Of a stretch of 32,000 bases of DNA, positions 26,761 to 32,000 are shown one piece after another. This stretch comes from Desulfocapsa sulfexigens DSM 10523 (GTDB lineage: Bacteria > Desulfobacterota > Desulfobulbia > Desulfobulbales > Desulfocapsaceae), in assembly GCF_000341395.1 (NCBI RefSeq), contig NC_020304.1, positions 2,940,001 to 2,972,000 of the forward strand, read 5' to 3'. The position numbers and the translations under genes are program-made. The notes under the pieces are model-generated. The model did not search any database. It was not told the origin of the DNA and saw only the letters and a program-made list of their open reading frames with translations. Every line of letters begins with the position of its first letter. The stretch's first letter is position 1.

Positions 26761-27729
26761 TTAGCTTAACGGGGTACCATATTGCTTCATCTGCTGTTTC
26801 ATGATTTTTAATTCGCGGCTACCGGAAATAACAGTATCCTGATCTATTTTGAAATTAAGGCTTCGGCTTCGTCCCCTGTATTTTACTGAACTGAGGATGA
26901 GCTTCATCGTCTCGCGTCGTGCAAGGTGCTTATCATCCGAACGGATAATCCACCATTTGGATTGTTTAGTGTGTGTTTTCTGAAGAAGAATTCTTTTCTT
27001 TTCTGTAAATTCGTCCCAGAGATCCTGAGCCTGGAGATCTACTTCGCTGAGTTTCCATTGGCGCAGAGGGTCATTTTTTCTCCTCTCAAAACGCTTTGCC
27101 TGCTCCTCTTTGCTTACTGAGAAATAGAGCTTCAAAAGTATAGTTTTGCCGGCGTCGAGGATGAAATTCTGTTCGTATGAGGTAACTTTCGTTAAAAAGC
27201 GCCGATACTGTTCAGGGGTGCAGAAACCCATGACAGGTTCAACCATCGCGCGGTTATACCAGCTTCTGTCAAACATGACGATTTCACCGGCATGGGGGAA
27301 ACGCTCTATATAGCGTTTCATGTGCAGTTCTGTTTTCTGGGTTTCATTAGGCTTGCCCAGAGCCTCGACCCGATAGCGCTTTTCATTCATATACCGTGCA
27401 ACCCGACGGATTGTTCCACCTTTTCCGGAGGCATCACGACCATCAAAGAGAATAATCATCTTTTTCCCGGTTGCTTCAAGGTGATTCTGCATTTTGATAA
27501 GTTCTGCCTGGTAGGGCTTTAACTCTTCGGAGTTGTAATACTTGAGAAGTGCAGCTTCGACTATTTCTTCTTTGTGCCGATCTTTTAGTACCGAGAGGAT
27601 TTTGCGACTTTTTTCACTGGGTGGTTGTGACTTGAAGTCCTTGTCGAGTTTATGGACGAGTTTGCGAATTATTGCGGTACTACCTTGGGATTCATTTGCT
27701 TGGATTTTTTTCTTTTTTGGGGGAGTCAT
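26761..27729 (-). CDS. ppk2: Polyphosphate kinase 2 family protein (PPK2), copy 2
   Basis: LFDGRDASGKGGTIRRVARYMN; EIVMFDRSWYNRAMVEPVMGFCT. ATG at 27729 (MTPPKKKKIQ) with upstream AGGTG; the track extends to a GTG at 27783. Confidence 0.93.
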   Translation of the reverse strand: MTPPKKKKIQANESQGSTAIIRKLVHKLDKDFKSQPPSEKSRKILSVLKDRHKEEIVEAALLKYYNSEELKPYQAELIKMQNHLEATGKKMIILFDGRDASGKGGTIRRVARYMNEKRYRVEALGKPNETQKTELHMKRYIERFPHAGEIVMFDRSWYNRAMVEPVMGFCTPEQYRRFLTKVTSYEQNFILDAGKTILLKLYFSVSKEEQAKRFERRKNDPLRQWKLSEVDLQAQDLWDEFTEKKRILLQKTHTKQSKWWIIRSDDKHLARRETMKLILSSVKYRGRSRSLNFKIDQDTVISGSRELKIMKQQMKQYGTPLS

Positions 27730-27799
27730 AGTGTTTGTCACCTGCGGAAAAGTTTTTGTTAAAGAAGATGGTATCAGTAACACTATTTAACATCAACTA

Positions 27800-28519
27800 T
27801 TAATTGAGTTTTTTTCCTAAAGTATACATGGACTGGTAAATGTCGGGTAATTTGTGTTTTTTGAGAGCCTGGATCATCTGTTCAATTGGCCATGAAATTC
27901 TGTGAAACCGGGTTGATACAGTCTCACCTATGATGGTGAGAACAGCACAGGATGCTGCTGGGTTGGAATCAAACATTCGTCCCACACTTCCAGGATTTAT
28001 AAAATGGATATTGTTAACCCGTTTGTGGAAAGCTGTATGGGAGTGACCACAGAGAATAATGTCGCATGGGCAGAGTTTGGAGAGAGCTGAAAATCGAGCT
28101 GGATCCGTTTCTGGAAAAAGGAATTCATTCGGATTATCAGGACTTCCGTGAAAAAGACAGATTTCGTGGTTTTCCACGGTTAATTGCCTGGTTCTTTTAA
28201 GGGATAAAATATACTTTGCAGCCGCTGGTGTCAGGTGTTCGGCTGTCCAGGTATACATGATCCGTTTCTCTGTTTTGCGGGGTTTTTTGAATGTTTTTCC
28301 TGTAAGTAGTTTTCTGATTTTCCAGTCGGTATTGCCAACGATGGATTGGACGTCGTTCGTCTCCAGCCAGTCAAGTGTCTCGTTAGGGAATGGGGCATAG
28401 ACAAGTGAATCACCACAGTTGAAAATTGCATCAAAACGTGTTCCCGAAAAGAACAGGGCAATGGCTTCAAGTGCAGGGAAGTTTGCGTGGATATCAGAGA
28501 GAAGGAGGATTTTAGCCAT
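27800..28519 (-). CDS. YfcE/MJ0936-type metallophosphoesterase
   Basis: LLLSDIHANFPALEAI, CGDSLVYAP, VGNTDWK, HGSPDNP, LCGHSHTAF, NPGSVG. Confidence 0.9.
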   Translation of the reverse strand: MAKILLLSDIHANFPALEAIALFFSGTRFDAIFNCGDSLVYAPFPNETLDWLETNDVQSIVGNTDWKIRKLLTGKTFKKPRKTEKRIMYTWTAEHLTPAAAKYILSLKRTRQLTVENHEICLFHGSPDNPNEFLFPETDPARFSALSKLCPCDIILCGHSHTAFHKRVNNIHFINPGSVGRMFDSNPAASCAVLTIIGETVSTRFHRISWPIEQMIQALKKHKLPDIYQSMYTLGKKLN

Positions 28520-28543
28520 ATAAAAAATTATACAGTATTTAAT

Positions 28544-30049
28544 TTATAAGAGTGGCCCGATAATAAGTGATACGTTTTCAAAGAATTTCTGCATGATGGA
28601 GCGATCTGCGAAGTCAGCAGGTAGAAGAGTTTGCGACTGGACTTCATAACCGGCCTGAACAGCACGAAGTTCTCTGGTGAAATCCCGATTATAGATGAAA
28701 AGAGTTGCCTCAAAATTAAGCCAGAAGCTACGCATATCGAGGTTTACTGAACCAAAAAGGGCAAATTCATCATCTACTGTGATGGTTTTTGAGTGAAGGA
28801 GGCCACCTTTGAAAAGTTTTATGGAGACACCGTCGCTGACCAGATCCTCATAGCGAGCCCAACTTGCATAGTGGACAAGCCTGGAATCATTTTTTTCAGG
28901 AACGATGATCCGAACATCAACACCCCGTCGGGCAGCTGATTGCAGTGCGGTGAGAATGGATTCATCCGGGACAAAATAGGGCGTGGTAAGAGTGATGTTT
29001 TTGCGTGATGCGTAAATAGTGGTGAGAAGCAGACTGTGGATGGCATCCTTGGAAAAACCTGGCCCCGATGGTACAAATTGTACTGGAACATTTCCCTTGA
29101 GTGGTTGATGGGTAATATCTGCAATCTCACGTATATGCCTGATATCCTGGTCGAGCGATCGAAATTGAACCTGCTGGCTGTCAGTTTCAAGGAACCAGTC
29201 ACTGATAAATGTACCGGCAAGGGCCTCAACCACAGGCCCCTGGATGCGGACCATGATATCGATCCAGTGACCCAATCCGGAATCCTGCTTGAAAAACTTT
29301 GGATCCACCATGTTTTGGCTTCCGGTGTAGGCGATCTTACCGTCAATCACTACGATTTTGCGGTGGTTCCGGATATCAACCCGAACGAAAAGAGCTTTGA
29401 TAAATCCTGCTGGAAGTTCTTCTTCAATTTGTACGCCGGCTGCCAGGAGCGTCTGGATTTTTTCCCCTTTCAGGAAATCATTGGACCCAATCGAGTCAAT
29501 AAGAATTCGACAGGTCACTCCGCGTCCGGCAGCACGAATTACGGCTGCAACAACTTCATCGGCTGTTCCTCCTTCGGCCCATATATAAAATTGCAGATGG
29601 CAGGTTGATTGAGCGGCGTCTATATCTTTGATGATGGCACGCATGATCAGTTCAGGTTCTTCGATCAGTTCGAGATGATTACCATCCATTGCCGGAATCC
29701 CTATCAGGCTGTTTGCCAGGTGGTGAATAGCTTTTAATTCTGAATTGAGTTCGGACCAATTGACAGGTGCTATTGCAGGGAGGGCCTCCAGCCATTTACG
29801 ATAGTGGTCAAGGGAGTCTTTGATCCGCTTTGCCCTGGTTTCACCGATTCTGTTTTCTCCAAACAGGAGATAGGTGATTGCTCCAAAAAATGGCAGGAGC
29901 AGTATGACGACAAGCCAGGCGAGAGTGACCCCGTACTGACGTTTACGCATGATAACCCTGATTGAAAGGCCGAGACGCAGGATCAGGTCAGCAACGGGAA
30001 TGATGATGGTTGCAATGTGAACACTCCAGTGAAGGCTGTCTTGATCCAT
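28544..30049 (-). CDS. cls: Cardiolipin synthase-like phospholipase D family protein
   Basis: Two N-terminal TM segments; PLD motifs DIRNHRKIVVIDGKIAYTGSQNM and LLHSKTITVDDEFALFGSVNLDMRSFWLNFE. Confidence 0.93.
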   Translation of the reverse strand: MDQDSLHWSVHIATIIIPVADLILRLGLSIRVIMRKRQYGVTLAWLVVILLLPFFGAITYLLFGENRIGETRAKRIKDSLDHYRKWLEALPAIAPVNWSELNSELKAIHHLANSLIGIPAMDGNHLELIEEPELIMRAIIKDIDAAQSTCHLQFYIWAEGGTADEVVAAVIRAAGRGVTCRILIDSIGSNDFLKGEKIQTLLAAGVQIEEELPAGFIKALFVRVDIRNHRKIVVIDGKIAYTGSQNMVDPKFFKQDSGLGHWIDIMVRIQGPVVEALAGTFISDWFLETDSQQVQFRSLDQDIRHIREIADITHQPLKGNVPVQFVPSGPGFSKDAIHSLLLTTIYASRKNITLTTPYFVPDESILTALQSAARRGVDVRIIVPEKNDSRLVHYASWARYEDLVSDGVSIKLFKGGLLHSKTITVDDEFALFGSVNLDMRSFWLNFEATLFIYNRDFTRELRAVQAGYEVQSQTLLPADFADRSIMQKFFENVSLIIGPLL

Positions 30050-30221
30050 GTGTTTTTTTATGAATTATGGTAAGTGTAAATGCGTTTTTTTGAGCGTCTG
30101 ATCTGCAAATCTACCCTGCCTGGGTAAAAATGTAAAATAGCTTATTTTTCTCTGGCATTATCTTCAATGTGGATGGTAGTGTGCAAGCCTGACGGATTCA
30201 CATTTTAAAGGTAAGGATATA

Positions 30222-31406
30222 ATGGAAATTAAAGGATTCTCCACATCTGCTGTAGCGGCAGGTATTCGATATAAGGATCGGCTGGATCTTGGTCTTATTT
30301 ATAGCAATGTTCCAGCTGTTACTGCCGGGGTTTTTACCACCAATCAGGTGAAAGCTGCACCAGTCATAATTGATCAGGATCGTTTGCGGCAGGGACGAGC
30401 TCAGGCCATTCTTGTAAACAGTGGTTGTGCCAACGCCTGTACTGGAGTGAAAGGGATGGAGAATGCAAACATCACCAGCTCACTTCTTGCAACACGCCTG
30501 AAGATTGATGAGAAAATGGTGCTTCTGTCATCCACCGGAGTAATTGGCGAACAGCTGAATATTGGAGCCTTCCGCTCGGCAATGGGCAAACTTGTTGAGG
30601 GCTTGGGTGAGGATAATTTTGATTCCGTAGCCAGGGCCATCATGACCACGGACACTTTTCCAAAGGTGGTAAGTAGAGTTGTGACGATTGGAGGCCAAGA
30701 AGTGAAGTTTATGGGCATGGCCAAAGGCGCCGGGATGATAATGCCCAATATGGCAACCATGCTCTCCTTTGTGATTACCGATGCCCAGATAAGTTTTCCT
30801 GAATTGCATGATTCTCTGAAACAGGCAACCGATAGAACTTTTAACCGCATTACGGTGGACGGTGATACCAGTACTAATGATATGGTTTTGGTTATGGCAA
30901 ACGGAACTGCAGAGAACGCCTGGATTGATGAGGATAATCCCATTGATAAACAGTTGTTTCAGGATACTTTGGAAGGCGTGTTGAAAGAGCTTGCCCTGCA
31001 GATTGTGAATGATGGAGAAGGTGCAAGTAAGTGCATCACTATACGAGTATGCGGGGCGCGTGGTGAGGCCGAAGCCGAACAGATTGCCAGGACCGTAGCT
31101 AATTCACCTCTGGTGAAGACGGCATTTTTTGGAGAGGATGCCAATTGGGGGAGGATTTTTGCTGCCATGGGGCGGGCAGGAGTCCGATTCGATCCCAGTC
31201 GGGTTGACATTGCCTTTGGTGATGTGGTTATTGTTCGTGATGGGCTTGCCGTTGGTCCTGATGCTGAAAAGGCTGCTACCAAGCTGTTGAAAGAAAAGAA
31301 TATTACAGTGTGTATAGATTTGAAAGATGGTACAGATTGTGAGGAGATCTATACATGTGATTTTTCTTTGGATTATGTGAAGATTAATGCTGATTATCGA
31401 TCCTGA
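30222..31406 (+). CDS. argJ: Bifunctional glutamate N-acetyltransferase / ornithine acetyltransferase
   Basis: FTTNQVKAAPV, VNSGCANACTG, GAGMIMPNMATML with the autocleavage ATML motif, DGDTSTNDMV, DANWGRIFAAMGRAGV. Confidence 0.97.
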   Translation: MEIKGFSTSAVAAGIRYKDRLDLGLIYSNVPAVTAGVFTTNQVKAAPVIIDQDRLRQGRAQAILVNSGCANACTGVKGMENANITSSLLATRLKIDEKMVLLSSTGVIGEQLNIGAFRSAMGKLVEGLGEDNFDSVARAIMTTDTFPKVVSRVVTIGGQEVKFMGMAKGAGMIMPNMATMLSFVITDAQISFPELHDSLKQATDRTFNRITVDGDTSTNDMVLVMANGTAENAWIDEDNPIDKQLFQDTLEGVLKELALQIVNDGEGASKCITIRVCGARGEAEAEQIARTVANSPLVKTAFFGEDANWGRIFAAMGRAGVRFDPSRVDIAFGDVVIVRDGLAVGPDAEKAATKLLKEKNITVCIDLKDGTDCEEIYTCDFSLDYVKINADYRS

Positions 31407-31429
31407 AGCTGTTCACGGTATAAGCTATG

Positions 31430-32000
31430 AATAGTATAGCGATGTATTCAAGCAAAGGAGGGGTGGGAAAGACTGCTGCTGCCGTCAATCTGTCCTATGC
31501 TTCATCCATTCGTGGGAAAAAGACTTTGCTCTGTGATATGGATCCGCAGGGGGCCGCAAGTTTTTATTATCGTGTTCCTATTAAAGGAAAATTTAATAAA
31601 AAACAGTTCCTGAAGGGAAGACTGAAGGGATTTATCCGTGAAACCGGGTATCCTGGCTTAGATCTTTTACCCGCTCATTTTTCCTTTAGAAATCTCGATA
31701 TTGCACTTGATATTGATGGGCAGGATCAACTCAAAAATATTTTTGCTGTACTTGCAGATGACTACGATGTTCTTATCTTCGACTGTCCACCCAATATGAC
31801 TCTGTTATCTGAAAAACTTATTGCGGCCTCAGATCAGGTGGTGATGCCAGTTATTCCGACTACACTTTCCATCAGGGCACTGGCCCAACTGATGAAATTT
31901 TTTGATAAGATTGGAGCAGATCGGAAGAAACTCCGGGCCTTTTTTTCCATGGTCGAACGCCGCAAAAACATGCATCTTGATACAGTTAAAAGCTATCGGA
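31430..32000 (+). CDS. ParA/MinD-family ATPase, C-terminus cut by window edge
   Basis: MNSIAMYSSKGGVGKTAAAVNLSYASS (deviant Walker A), LLCDMDPQGAAS, LIFDCPPNMTLL. Confidence 0.9.

Overview
The window looks like chromosomal DNA from a deltaproteobacterial (Desulfobulbaceae-like) anaerobe; the taxonomy is inferred from gene content only. Minus-strand block (1-12.3 kb): a TauE/SafE-type permease (cut by the window edge); a membrane protein / PAS histidine kinase / receiver operon; a tightly packed operon of a PEP-synthase-like protein, a dual-specificity phosphatase fused to a YkgJ-like Cys domain, and an NtrC-type sigma54 activator; a long coiled-coil OmpA-family protein; and a small Cys-motif protein. 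Plus-strand block (12.6-19.5 kb): a CxxD-type ferredoxin, a membrane protein, alr, argS, a hypothetical, an argA-like GNAT, and secA with a very strong terminator. From 19.5 to 25.8 kb there is a gene-sparse accessory segment. It contains an ASCH-domain pseudogene, two diverged copies of a MITE-like repeat bracketing a diguanylate cyclase gene, an NHL/beta-propeller-like domain fused to an outer-membrane phospholipase A-like barrel, a possible DUF4350-like remnant, and an orphan radical SAM/SPASM gene. Housekeeping-like genes resume after it: tandem PPK2 genes, a metallophosphoesterase, a cardiolipin synthase-like gene, argJ and a ParA-like ATPase (cut by the window edge). I saw no CRISPR array, rRNA, complete tRNA or recognisable defence system. 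The best candidates for follow-up are the phosphatase/PEP-synthase-like/NtrC operon and the 20.0-25.3 kb island. All assignments come from motif reading, with no database search.
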